This document shows positions 11,649-20,305 of a stretch of DNA of 64,000 bases, one piece after another. The notes beneath the pieces are model-generated. The model was not told where the DNA came from. It ran no database searches and saw nothing but the letters and a program-made list of their open reading frames with translations. This stretch comes from Bacteroidota bacterium (GTDB taxonomy: Bacteria; Bacteroidota; Bacteroidia; Chitinophagales; Saprospiraceae): positions 11,441 to 75,440 of the forward strand of contig JACRAN010000338.1 in the NCBI GenBank assembly GCA_016234735.1, given 5' to 3'. The position numbers and the translations under genes are program-made. How positions within the stretch are numbered: the stretch's first letter is position 1; every line of letters starts with the position of its first letter.

Positions 11649-12128
11649 ATGACCTTCAACCAGTTTTTGAAAATTTTCCCGGAAGTCACCCTGCCCGTTT
11701 CCATCACCGAAGAGAGCGCCTCGGCCTTCAGTCTCGACAACGACCCGTTTACAGGCCAGATGATTGAGGAGTTCCTGCTGCCGCTGGAACCGGACATGGA
11801 CGACCTGACGGAATTCGTGCCTGGCTTCCGCATCGCCGGGCTGAACGACATCCACGCCGTGTTGTACTGGAAAGCTGGGCTTTTGAGCTACCAGTACGTG
11901 CTGGTAACGTTTGAAAAAAGCGGAAAACCCATCGACCGAAAAGTGATTGCAGGCACAGTCTCCGATGGGAAAATCATCGTCCGCTCCGTGGCCAGGATCG
12001 ATGAATATTTGACCATCTACATCGTCAGCGGCGTAGCCAGCGGCTCCGACGACCTCTTCGATGCGAACGAAAGCACCGCCCGTGAACTGGAACTGCTGCC
12101 CGATGGCCGGATGGTGGAACTGGCGTGA
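11649..12128 (+). CDS. hypothetical protein
   Basis: 159-aa ORF with an ATG start and coding-like composition. Its stop overlaps the next ORF's GTG start (GTGA). No motif recognised. Confidence 0.55.
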   Translation: MTFNQFLKIFPEVTLPVSITEESASAFSLDNDPFTGQMIEEFLLPLEPDMDDLTEFVPGFRIAGLNDIHAVLYWKAGLLSYQYVLVTFEKSGKPIDRKVIAGTVSDGKIIVRSVARIDEYLTIYIVSGVASGSDDLFDANESTARELELLPDGRMVELA

Positions 12129-12742
12129 GTCTGAAAATTTGCAAATCCAATTTTCACATGCAGAGTTTTGAACAGGAAATCAAAGCCTTCCTCAAGGCGC
12201 AAAATCTGGAGTTCAAGGACAATTCCGATTCCTTCAAACGGCTTGATTTTTCGGTGAAATTGGATGAGCAGTGGAGCTTCCGCTTCGATGCCAAAGAAAA
12301 ACGCCAGCGCTACAACCTTCAAAATTGGCAACTCACCTCCGAACAGGAACCGTTCGCTTTCATCATCGACGACCTGGCGGCCCGGAAAATACTGGCGTAT
12401 GCGCCCTACTCCGGCATGGTCATCCGGGACAACCTGCTGGGTGGCTACTACTTTTACAGTGTGCTCGACCTCTTCCTCATGCCCAAAACCCGCGTGAACC
12501 GTCCCATCGAAAAGAACCTGAAAGCGATGAAAGGCAAGTGGGTCATTGACTTCCGCAACGGCCAGAAATGCGGTTCGATGGCCGCCGTGCTTTCCTTGTT
12601 CCGGCAGTACATCACCAAACGGGAAGATTTTTTCATCAACATCCTCGAATGTTTCGGCGACTACCACGGAGAGGACATCGGCGAGCGGGGCGAGGTGCGC
12701 CGAGCGGAATATTGGGACACCGATGTGAAGGCTACTCGTTGA
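12125..12742 (+). CDS. hypothetical protein (possible PD-(D/E)xK-like motif)
   Basis: 205-aa ORF. The start is GTG 12125 (overlapping the upstream stop) or ATG 12158. The segment RLDFSV...FRFDAKEK resembles a D...(D/E)xK nuclease core, but that is only a weak guess. Confidence 0.5.
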   Translation: MSLKICKSNFHMQSFEQEIKAFLKAQNLEFKDNSDSFKRLDFSVKLDEQWSFRFDAKEKRQRYNLQNWQLTSEQEPFAFIIDDLAARKILAYAPYSGMVIRDNLLGGYYFYSVLDLFLMPKTRVNRPIEKNLKAMKGKWVIDFRNGQKCGSMAAVLSLFRQYITKREDFFINILECFGDYHGEDIGERGEVRRAEYWDTDVKATR

Positions 12743-12759
12743 ATTTACGATTTACGAAT

Positions 12760-12796
12760 GACGATTTACGATTCTGAAATTCAATCGTAAATCGTC
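12760..12796. terminator. tandem-word hairpin between convergent genes
   Basis: 13-bp perfect stem GACGATTTACGAT/ATCGTAAATCGTC with an 11-nt loop. It is flanked by more copies of the 7-nt word GATTTAC and its complement. Confidence 0.6.
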
Positions 12797-12808
12797 AATC
12801 CAAAATCG

Positions 12809-13282
12809 TCAATAGTTTATTCCCACTTTTTTGAAGATGAAATGCAACAGCCACGCCGGGCCGATGAGCAGGAACTGGAGGTCTTCGAGGAACGACGGCT
12901 TTTTCCCTTCGATTTTATGGCCGATGAACTGGCCAATCCATGCCATCACAAAGATGAAAATGGAGATGAGTGCCAGCATTTTGGCATCGCCGAAAGTGGC
13001 CTCGTAGATGGCGTTGTTGCCGTACAGCATGGCACTGCCAATCAGCACGAACCCCAGAAACATGGTCAGCGACAGCCGAAAGTAGTACACCAGCGCAGCC
13101 GCCAGCGCTACTGTCGCCCAGTTCGTGAACAGCCCACGCTCTGTGAAAAAAGGGATGGAAAACAGCAGCCCGAACAGGCTGAACATGATGGAAGGGACGC
13201 AAATCCAGTGGATGAATTTGTTGATGCCGTTCTGGTGGCTTTCGCCGTACTTGGCGAGCAGGAGGTCGATTGTTTTGGCCAT
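12809..13282 (-). CDS. DUF962 / Mpo1-like membrane protein
   Basis: 157 aa from the ATG at 13282. It has the HQNGINKFIHWICVPSIMF motif and four hydrophobic helices. The longer track ORF merely reads through the tRNA-Leu gene. Confidence 0.75.
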   Translation of the reverse strand: MAKTIDLLLAKYGESHQNGINKFIHWICVPSIMFSLFGLLFSIPFFTERGLFTNWATVALAAALVYYFRLSLTMFLGFVLIGSAMLYGNNAIYEATFGDAKMLALISIFIFVMAWIGQFIGHKIEGKKPSFLEDLQFLLIGPAWLLHFIFKKVGINY

Positions 13283-13387
13283 GATGCAAGTTTTTGAATG
13301 CCCGGTAAATGTAGCAAAACCATGACTTTTTTCATCAATCAGCCACAAAAACAAAAAGCCCACAGCCTGAACTGCGAGCCTTTTTCG

Positions 13388-13471
13388 TGCCGAAAGAGGG
13401 ACTCGAACCCTCACGCCCGTGAAGACACACGCCCCTGAAACGTGCGCGTCTACCAATTCCGCCATTTCGGC
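13388..13471 (-). tRNA. tRNA-Leu (anticodon CAG)
   Basis: The minus strand reads GCCGAAATGGCGGAATTGGTAGACGCGCACGTTTCAGGGGCGTG...GGTTCGAGTCCCTCTTTCGGCA. It has a 7-bp acceptor stem, a long variable arm, anticodon loop TTCAGGG and a T-loop GGTTCGAGTCC. CCA is not encoded. Confidence 0.9.
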
Positions 13472-13492
13472 TGGGGATAGTTTTGAGTTATG

Positions 13493-13549
13493 AGTTATGA
13501 GTTATGAGTTAGTGAGTTGATGTAACTCACTAACTCATAACTCATAACT
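13493..13549. repeat. 26-bp-stem tandem-word hairpin between the two tRNA-Leu genes
   Basis: (GAGTTAT)x3-GAGTTAGTGAGTT, loop gatgt, then AACTCACTAACTCATAACTCATAAC. The stem is perfect over 25-26 bp. Confidence 0.8.
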
Positions 13550-13563
13550 TCTAACCCCCAACG

Positions 13564-13646
13564 TACCGAAGGTGGGACTCGAACCCACACGTAGTTGCCT
13601 ACACTGGATTTTGAATCCAGCGCGTCTACCATTCCGCCACTTCGGC
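13564..13646 (-). tRNA. tRNA-Leu (anticodon CAA)
   Basis: The minus strand reads GCCGAAGTGGCGGAATGGTAGACGCGCTGGATTCAAAATCCAG...GGTTCGAGTCCCACCTTCGGTA. Anticodon loop is TTCAAAA, with a long variable arm. CCA is not encoded. Confidence 0.9.
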
Positions 13647-13728
13647 ATTTTTCCTTCAAAAAAAACTTGCTAACCACCTGATTCAGAGTATTTTACATGA
13701 ACAAAAACAGGGATAGTGGGTACTCCAA

Positions 13729-14268
13729 TCAGTGTGCTTCCGTCGAAGCGGGTGCAAATCTATCCAAATTTTCTTTTATTCTCAAAAGGTACCTTCTTTT
13801 AAAAAAAAATTCCCGCACGGGTTCCAAAACCCCAGGTTGGGCGGTTTCGTTCCGGTAGTTTTCCAGCGTGGGTTTCACTTCCTCGTAGAGCGAGGCTTCC
13901 AATTCCACCACTTGATTTGTCGCCGTGTCAAAAATGTTTTGGTCAAAACCGAACTCCAATTCCATGATGGCTTCGTTGATGTCCATCATTTCGAGGAGGA
14001 ATTCCTGCGGGATTTCGTTTTTGCCTTCTTCTTTCAGGATGCCATGGAGGTCGAGGATGTATTTGGTCCGCCGGTCGAAGTCGGCCAGCGTCTGGTAGGC
14101 TTCGTTGTTGAACGTGGAAAGTTCCAGCGCATGGCCTTGTTTTTCATCCGATTCCAAGGTGAAATAGTCGGGATGAAACCGTTTACTGTTTTGCAAAAAC
14201 CGCCGTTTCAAATCCGCTTCGTCCGGGAAGAACGACACCGGGATTTCAAAAAACTCGAAGTAATTCAT
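13729..14268 (-). CDS. hscB: Fe-S cluster co-chaperone HscB-like J-domain protein
   Basis: 179 aa. The N-terminal J-domain carries an HPD motif (LKRRFLQNSKRFHPDYF), and the C-terminal region is helical, typical of HscB. Confidence 0.8.
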   Translation of the reverse strand: MNYFEFFEIPVSFFPDEADLKRRFLQNSKRFHPDYFTLESDEKQGHALELSTFNNEAYQTLADFDRRTKYILDLHGILKEEGKNEIPQEFLLEMMDINEAIMELEFGFDQNIFDTATNQVVELEASLYEEVKPTLENYRNETAQPGVLEPVREFFFKRRYLLRIKENLDRFAPASTEAH

Positions 14269-14278
14269 TCACTTGGTG

Positions 14279-14325
14279 ATTTGTTGATTTGGTTATTTGT
14301 TTATCCGAAAACCAAATCAACAAAT
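14279..14325. terminator. tandem-word hairpin after rseP
   Basis: 14-bp stem ATTTGTTGATTTGG/CCAAATCAACAAAT with a 19-nt loop. The arms are 8-nt words (GTTGATTT-like). It lies between the rseP stop and the hscB start. Confidence 0.55.
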
Positions 14326-14341
14326 AATCAAATCAACATGG

Positions 14342-15733
14342 TCAGAACAGCCTTGAAATGTCAAGCCCCAGCGCAAAAACCATCAAAGAAATCAGGATGA
14401 CGAAGCCCACCATCGTTGAGATTTCCATGAATTTGTCGCTGGGTTTCTTGCCGGTGAGCACCTCGAACAGCAGGAACATCACGTGGCCGCCATCGAGCGC
14501 AGGGATGGGCAGCAGGTTGATGAGCGCCAGCACCAGCGAGAGCATCGCCGTCATTTGCCAAAAGGTTTCCCAGTCCCATGTGGAAGGGAACATTGAGCCG
14601 ATGGTGATGAAGCTGCCGAGGCTGTCCGTTACTTTGAGATGTCCGGTGAACATCCTGCCGTAGGCTTTCAGTTGCGACCCCAAAAAGTTCATGCCCCTGT
14701 GGAACCCGGCGGGAATAGCCGCCAAAAAGTTGTATTCCTGGGTCTCCGTTTTGAAAGAATCGCTCAGTTTACCGGAAATGCTGGCCCCAATCCTGCCATT
14801 TTCATCTGTTCGCAAAGCCAGGTCGAGCGTATCCACCATACTGGGCGTTAGCCTTCGCAATACCCGCACCTGGATGGTGGTATCTTTTTGTGGATTTTTG
14901 GAAACGAGGTCATAAAAATCCTCAAAATACGAGGTCGGAGTTCCGTTCAGGCCAATGATTTGGTCGCCTTTTTGGATACCGGCTTTCTCGGCAGGCGATG
15001 GCTCGCACTTTTTCCAAAAAAGGAAGCCCTTGCAATATTTGCCGTACCCTTCAACGATGAATGGCCGCCGCAGGCCGTAGAGCGTCACGCCTTTGTTGCC
15101 ATATTTGGAGAGGCCACTGGCGATTTCCTCGCTGATGGGGAGCTTGATTTTCTCGCCGTTGCGCTCCACCGTGATGCTCCGGGCACCGTTGATGACGATT
15201 TGGCCCTTGACGAAATTGGGATTGAATTTTTTCAAATCCATCGTGTCCACGGCCACCACCTGGTCGCCGGGGCGGATGCCGACGACGAGGCCGAGCGAGT
15301 CGGGCTGCACACCGTAGGTCACGTTTTTGGTGGGCAGGTACTCCTCGCCCCATGCCCAAAACATCATGGCGTAAATCAGGAAGCCGAGGATGAAGTTGAC
15401 GGTGACACCACCGAGCATGATGACGAGGCGCTGCCACGCCGGTTTGGAGCGGAACTCCCAGGGCTGTGGCGGTTCCTTCATCTGTTCCGTGTCGAAGCTC
15501 TCGTCCACCATGCCGGAAATTTTCACGTAGCCGCCCAACGGCAGCCAGCCGATGCCGTATTCCGTTTCACCGATTTTCTTTTTGAACAACTCAAACCAGG
15601 GGTCGAAGAACAGGTAGAATTTTTCCACTCTGGTTTTGAACCACTTGGCGGGCAGGAAGTGCCCCATTTCGTGCAGCACGATGAGAATGGAGAGGCTCAA
15701 CACCAATTGCCCGACCTTGACGAGAATATCCAT
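14342..15733 (-). CDS. rseP: RIP (site-2) zinc metalloprotease RseP
   Basis: 463 aa from the ATG at 15733. The HEMGHF zinc motif sits in the first TM helix. There are PDZ-like central segments and a C-terminal NLLPIPALDGG motif. Confidence 0.9.
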   Translation of the reverse strand: MDILVKVGQLVLSLSILIVLHEMGHFLPAKWFKTRVEKFYLFFDPWFELFKKKIGETEYGIGWLPLGGYVKISGMVDESFDTEQMKEPPQPWEFRSKPAWQRLVIMLGGVTVNFILGFLIYAMMFWAWGEEYLPTKNVTYGVQPDSLGLVVGIRPGDQVVAVDTMDLKKFNPNFVKGQIVINGARSITVERNGEKIKLPISEEIASGLSKYGNKGVTLYGLRRPFIVEGYGKYCKGFLFWKKCEPSPAEKAGIQKGDQIIGLNGTPTSYFEDFYDLVSKNPQKDTTIQVRVLRRLTPSMVDTLDLALRTDENGRIGASISGKLSDSFKTETQEYNFLAAIPAGFHRGMNFLGSQLKAYGRMFTGHLKVTDSLGSFITIGSMFPSTWDWETFWQMTAMLSLVLALINLLPIPALDGGHVMFLLFEVLTGKKPSDKFMEISTMVGFVILISLMVFALGLDISRLF

Positions 15734-15740
15734 ATTGTTT

Positions 15741-15820
15741 ATAGATGTGAGGGGTGAGAGGCGAGAAAGTGAGGTTTTAAATTGCACCCACTTTCTAAAA
15801 ACAACCCACGACTCAATAAT
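15741..15820 (-). promoter_or_regulatory. conserved pre-start element, family 2 (copy upstream of rseP)
   Basis: Plus strand: ATAGATGTGAGGGGTGAGAGGCGAGAAAGTGAGGTTTTAAATTGCACCCACTTTCTAAAAACAACCCACGACTCAATAA. It begins 8 nt from the rseP ATG and is homologous to 26031-26148. It contains the hairpin AGAAAGTG/CACTTTCT. Confidence 0.55.
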
Positions 15821-15940
15821 TTGCTTTGGAAAAATGCAGGAAGATGGCCTACCCGCTGGCTCGTCCAAATTTTTTGAAGCCGCAAAAGTAATGAGAGTTT
15901 GGACTTTTGACAACTGACATTGCTGCCGGGTGCCCCATTC

Positions 15941-15978
15941 TAAAGTCTAAAGTCTCTGGTCTGAAATCTCCTCTTATT
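15941..15978 (+). promoter_or_regulatory. conserved pre-start leader element, family 1 (copy upstream of rsmE)
   Basis: CCCCATTCTAAAGTCTAAAGTCTCTGGTCTGAAATCTC is made of 7-nt words (TCTAAAG). It ends shortly before the rsmE ATG and is homologous to 4274-4311 upstream of galE. Confidence 0.5.
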
Positions 15979-15986
15979 TTTGCCCC

Positions 15987-16697
15987 ATGATTTTGTTTTA
16001 CACGACCGACATCCGGGGCGGTTCCGCCTGGTTTTCCGAGGAGGAAGCCCGCCATTGCTCGCAGGTGTTGCGGAGGAAAACAGGCGATGTCGTTCAGTTT
16101 CTGGATGGGCTGGGCGGCTGGTACGAGGGCGTGATTTCGGAGGTGAACAAGCGGCAGGTGGTGGTGGAAGTCACCGACCGGAGAGCGGGCACCGACCTCC
16201 GCAATTTCCGGCTGCACCTCGCCATCGCCCCCACTAAAAACATCGACCGCTTCGAGTGGTTCCTCGAAAAAGCGACGGAAATCGGCATCCATGAAATCAC
16301 GCCGCTGCAAACCGGGCACTCCGAACGGACGAAACTCCGCTACGACCGTTTGGAAAAAATCCTGCTCGCCGCCATGAAACAATCCATGCGAACCTGGCTG
16401 CCCAAGCTGAACGAACTCACTGATTTTGAGCATTTTATAAAAAAAACTGAAACCCCGGACGGCCACGCCCGTTTCATTGCCCATTGCCGGGAAGAAAATT
16501 TGCCGCACCTGAAAAACAACTGTCCGGCAGCTACGGACGTTACTTTGCTCATCGGACCGGAGGGCGATTTTTCACCGGCTGAAATCTCGCTGGCCAACGA
16601 GGCTGGTTTCAAAAACATAAGCCTGGGCACTGCCCGGCTGCGCACCGAAACGGCGGGCATCGTGGCCTGCCACATCATCAATTTGCTAAACGACTGA
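15987..16697 (+). CDS. rsmE: 16S rRNA (uracil1498-N3)-methyltransferase
   Basis: 236 aa. It has the RsmE pattern: an N-terminal PUA-like domain, then the C-terminal SPOUT knot LLIGPEGDFSPAEI ... LGTARLRTETA. Confidence 0.88.
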   Translation: MILFYTTDIRGGSAWFSEEEARHCSQVLRRKTGDVVQFLDGLGGWYEGVISEVNKRQVVVEVTDRRAGTDLRNFRLHLAIAPTKNIDRFEWFLEKATEIGIHEITPLQTGHSERTKLRYDRLEKILLAAMKQSMRTWLPKLNELTDFEHFIKKTETPDGHARFIAHCREENLPHLKNNCPAATDVTLLIGPEGDFSPAEISLANEAGFKNISLGTARLRTETAGIVACHIINLLND

Positions 16698-16703
16698 CGA
16701 AAC

Positions 16704-17354
16704 ATGAAGCTGTTTTCCCTGCTTATTTTGCTGTTCCCTGCTTTTTTTCAACAGGAAAATGCGCCGCTCAAACTTGCCCTGATGAAGTACAACGGCGGCG
16801 GCGACTGGTACGCCAACCCTACTTCGCTGACCAACCTCGCCCGGTTTTGCAACGACAACCTCGGCACCAACTTCGACACCGACTACGCAACCGTGGAGGT
16901 GGGCAGCGCCGAGCTTTTCAATTTTCCTTTCGTCCACATGACGGGCCATGGCAACGTGGTTTTTTCGGATGCCGAGGCCGAAAACCTGCGGATTTACCTC
17001 ATCGGCGGCGGTTTTTTGCACATCGACGACAACTACGGCCTCGACCCGTTCGTGCGGCCTGCGATGAAAAAGGTGTTCCCTGAATTGCAGTTCGTGGAGT
17101 TGCCCTACCAACACCCGGTTTACCATCAAAAATTTGACTTCAAAAACGGCTTGCCCAAAATCCACAAGCACGACGACAAGCCCTCGCAGGGCTTCGGGCT
17201 GTTTTGGGAGGGGCGGTTGGTGTGTTTTTACAGCTACCAATGCGACCTCGGCGACGGTTGGGAAGACCAGCCGGTACACAACGACCCGGAGGAAAAACGC
17301 CAACAGGCTCTGAAAATGGGAGCGAACCTGGTGCAGTTTGTTTTTCAGCAGTGA
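16704..17354 (+). CDS. DUF4159 domain-containing protein
   Basis: Signal peptide followed by the motif KYNGGGDWYANPTSLTNL, characteristic of DUF4159. 216 aa. Confidence 0.75.
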   Translation: MKLFSLLILLFPAFFQQENAPLKLALMKYNGGGDWYANPTSLTNLARFCNDNLGTNFDTDYATVEVGSAELFNFPFVHMTGHGNVVFSDAEAENLRIYLIGGGFLHIDDNYGLDPFVRPAMKKVFPELQFVELPYQHPVYHQKFDFKNGLPKIHKHDDKPSQGFGLFWEGRLVCFYSYQCDLGDGWEDQPVHNDPEEKRQQALKMGANLVQFVFQQ

Positions 17355-17414
17355 TTCCTTGGTTGATGAAGGTCGATTTAGGTTGATAATCAACCTTCTG
17401 CCACTAACCTGATT

Positions 17415-17648
17415 TCATTTTTGCCGCTTCGGCACAGGGTCATCGCCACCAGGGGACCAAGGGTGGCAACTCAAAAAGCGCTTGGTACCCAGCCACAATC
17501 CTTTCGCAACGCCCCACTCCTGAATGGCCTCCACCATGTAGTGCGAGCAAGTCGGCTGATAGCGGCACGAGGGTGGAATAACCGGCGAGATGAAGCGTTG
17601 GTAAAAACGGATGGGGAGGATAAAAATGGCTTGGAATACTTGTCTCAT
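17415..17648 (-). CDS. yidD: membrane protein insertion efficiency factor YidD
   Basis: 77 aa with the signature [24 protein letters not shown]. Confidence 0.9.
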   Translation of the reverse strand: MRQVFQAIFILPIRFYQRFISPVIPPSCRYQPTCSHYMVEAIQEWGVAKGLWLGTKRFLSCHPWSPGGDDPVPKRQK

Positions 17649-17774
17649 TAAAAACCTGTTGATGTCTGTGCTCCAAAATTACGGGTACGTTTTTGATTCC
17701 CGCACAAACTTTCTAATTTAGCCCAACACCTGTAAGCCCTTTGAGTTTTTCCTGACACTATAAATTTCTTTGCA

Positions 17775-19589
17775 ATGAAATCCATTACCAGTTCGCTGCT
17801 TTCGGGTGCATTTCTCCTTTTTTTTCAGTTAAAAATTGGCGCTACGACCATCGTGCCCTTCCCCAACCTGGGCGAAATGGCCAAAGGTTCCGGCATGGTC
17901 GTACTCGCCAGGGTGCAGGGAACTTACGAAGTGCAAACCGGCACGGAAACCCGCCTGCACACTTCGCTGACCGTGGAAGCCTCCGTGAAGGTCAACCTGC
18001 CCGAAGGGGCAAATTTTGAAATCCAGCACTTGTCGGCGAAGGGCGATGGCTGGGTCAGGGTCATTCCCGACGACGTTTTCCTGTCGGAAGGAAGCAGCTA
18101 CCTGCTGTTTTTGTCGCAAAATGCGGCGGGCCTTTGGGAACCAATACTCATGTCCTACGGCATTTTTGAGTCGGTGGAGGTAGCCGGGGAGAAGTACCTC
18201 GTGCCACTGCCAGAGTGGGCAGACTTGAACATCCTGACCCGCCCGGACGGGCTACCCGTCGAGCCGCTCGGCGTTTACCACCAGCAGGAGTTGCTTGATA
18301 TTTTGAGGGCGTTTGTTTCCACTCCTGAAAAATGGCACGGCAACGATGCGCTTTTGACGACGGATGTGGGTGGTTTCCTGGGTCAACTGAGCGCCCGGAC
18401 ACCGCCGTCACATTGCACTTTCCTGAATTCCGGTGGCACAGGTTTCCGTTGGCTGAGTTTCCCAGGTACGCTCGTCGAGGTACATGCGCCAACTGCGGGG
18501 GATTCCGATTGTTCGCCTGCAACACAGGCAAATACCAACGTATCCAATGCCGTAACCGACATGGAAAACAGCTACGACGGCATTTTCTTGTTGTATGGCC
18601 CCACGTACAGTGGTTTCACGCCTGATTGCACGGATATGACCGCCGTTGGTAACGATTTTCTGGATTGGGTAGATGCCAACCTCGGAGGGCAAAGAAATAT
18701 CGTCATCCAATATCAGGACCCCTGCAATGAAATCACCGACCTCGTAAGCTGCGCAGGAACACTTGCTATCGGAGGGTTGTATGGATTTGAGCCACTCCAA
18801 TCCTACGATGGGATGAACTGGTATCAGGGTGCTTACGGCTACGTCATCGTCAACAATGGGGTATGCACCTGCCTGACTTCCACGCAGTACAAAATCATGA
18901 TGACCCACGAAATGACCCACTCGTTGGGGCTTGGACATATTGCTTCGGGCAGCGGCACGGCCAACATGAACCCCAGTTGTTGCAACAACATCACCACCCT
19001 CGACGAACAATGCGTCGATTACCTCTACGCCCCGCTGCTGCCGGTTGAATTGATTTCCTTTGACGGCAACGTCGCCGGGGCATCGATTGAACTCCACTGG
19101 CAAACAGCCTCGGAGGTGAACAACCGTTCCTTTTCGATTGAGCACTCTGCCGATGGCAGTCACTTTCAAACCATCGGAGAGGTCAGCGGTGCCAACAACA
19201 GCAACGTCGAAATCAACTACACTTTCGTTGACAAACAACCACAACCCGGCACGAACTACTATCGGCTGAAACAGACGGATTTTGATGGCCAATTTGAACA
19301 CAGCCCTGTCATCGTGGTCGGTTTCGGGCGGCAGGGCAGTCTTTTTGAAGTCAGTAGTCAACCGGCTGCCGACGGTAATTTGCAATTGGTGTTCGATGCA
19401 GAAAACGCTGCCAACGCCCGTATTGAGGTGTATGATTTGAAAGGTAGTTTGTTGAAAATCAGCAAGTTGGAAGCAGTTTCCGGCCTCAATTCACCGGAAA
19501 TACAACTGCCAGATATAGCACCGGGTATTTACCTCGCCCGGTTGGTCATGGGCCAGGAGGTCAGGTTTGCCAGATTTTATAAAAACTGA
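17775..19589 (+). CDS. secreted metzincin-like zinc metalloprotease with T9SS C-terminal sorting domain
   Basis: Signal peptide, then an extended zinc motif HEMTHSLGLGH (HExxHxxGxxH). The ~80-aa C-terminal beta-sandwich tail (…GIYLARLVMGQEVRFARFYKN) is typical of T9SS cargo. Confidence 0.8.
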   Translation: MKSITSSLLSGAFLLFFQLKIGATTIVPFPNLGEMAKGSGMVVLARVQGTYEVQTGTETRLHTSLTVEASVKVNLPEGANFEIQHLSAKGDGWVRVIPDDVFLSEGSSYLLFLSQNAAGLWEPILMSYGIFESVEVAGEKYLVPLPEWADLNILTRPDGLPVEPLGVYHQQELLDILRAFVSTPEKWHGNDALLTTDVGGFLGQLSARTPPSHCTFLNSGGTGFRWLSFPGTLVEVHAPTAGDSDCSPATQANTNVSNAVTDMENSYDGIFLLYGPTYSGFTPDCTDMTAVGNDFLDWVDANLGGQRNIVIQYQDPCNEITDLVSCAGTLAIGGLYGFEPLQSYDGMNWYQGAYGYVIVNNGVCTCLTSTQYKIMMTHEMTHSLGLGHIASGSGTANMNPSCCNNITTLDEQCVDYLYAPLLPVELISFDGNVAGASIELHWQTASEVNNRSFSIEHSADGSHFQTIGEVSGANNSNVEINYTFVDKQPQPGTNYYRLKQTDFDGQFEHSPVIVVGFGRQGSLFEVSSQPAADGNLQLVFDAENAANARIEVYDLKGSLLKISKLEAVSGLNSPEIQLPDIAPGIYLARLVMGQEVRFARFYKN

Positions 19590-19754
19590 AATCCTGCGTT
19601 AACAGCCGTTTAACATCCTTCCAAAATAGTTAACAACGTCCGGTAGCCGTATCCGGTAAATTTGTGCGCCAAAACCGGCAACCGTTCCTCGGTTTTTACC
19701 GTTCAAAGGATAGAAATAAGAAAATCGGGCTACTTTTGGCGAAAATACTGTCGA

Positions 19755-20294
19755 GTGGAAAAGACGCTGGCGCAATACGATGCCGTGGTGAAACGGTGCA
19801 AAGATGTTTTCCTGAAAAAAACCGAAGACTACGGCACGGCCTGGCGCATCCTGCGGCCCACTTCCCTCACCGACCAGCTTTTCATCAAAGCCAAACGCAT
19901 CCGCAGCATCGAGGAAAAATCGGTGCAGATGGTGGAAGATTCCATCGAGGGCGACTTCATCGGACTGGTGAACTACGCATACATGGCTCTCATCCAGTTG
20001 AGCCTTGGCGACGACGAAACATTGGAGCTGACCCAAAAAAAAACAGAAAAACTGTACGACCGGCAGGTGGTGGCCGTTCGCAGTTTGATGAAGGCCAAAA
20101 ACCACGATTACGGCGAAGCGTGGCGTGACCTGCGCACCAGTTCCATCACCGATTTGATTCTGATGAAGCTCCTGCGCATCCGCCAAATCGAAGACAACCA
20201 GGGCAAAACGCTGATTTCGGAGGGCCTCGACGCCAACTACGCCGACATTGCGAACTATGCTATTTTCGCCCTGATTTTATTGAGTGAAAATTAA
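19755..20294 (+). CDS. DUF1599 domain-containing protein
   Basis: The motif is duplicated: DYGTAWRILRPTSLTDQLFIKAKRIRSIEE and DYGEAWRDLRTSSITDLILMKLLRIRQIED. The GTG start at 19755 (VEKTLAQYD) is preferred over the longer TTG-started track ORF at 19662. Confidence 0.75.
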   Translation: MEKTLAQYDAVVKRCKDVFLKKTEDYGTAWRILRPTSLTDQLFIKAKRIRSIEEKSVQMVEDSIEGDFIGLVNYAYMALIQLSLGDDETLELTQKKTEKLYDRQVVAVRSLMKAKNHDYGEAWRDLRTSSITDLILMKLLRIRQIEDNQGKTLISEGLDANYADIANYAIFALILLSEN

Positions 20295-20305
20295 AACCTG
20301 AAGAT

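Noticed and set aside
12809-13465. 218-aa version of the DUF962 ORF
   Set aside because: The N-terminal 61 codons (MAELVDAHVSGACVFTGVRVRVPL...) are just the tRNA-Leu(CAG) gene read as protein. The real start is the ATG at 13282.
8535-14341. CRISPR array interpretation of the short tandem repeats
   Set aside because: The repeats are 7-10 nt words with no unique spacers. They are arranged as inverted arms of single hairpins, and no cas genes are present.
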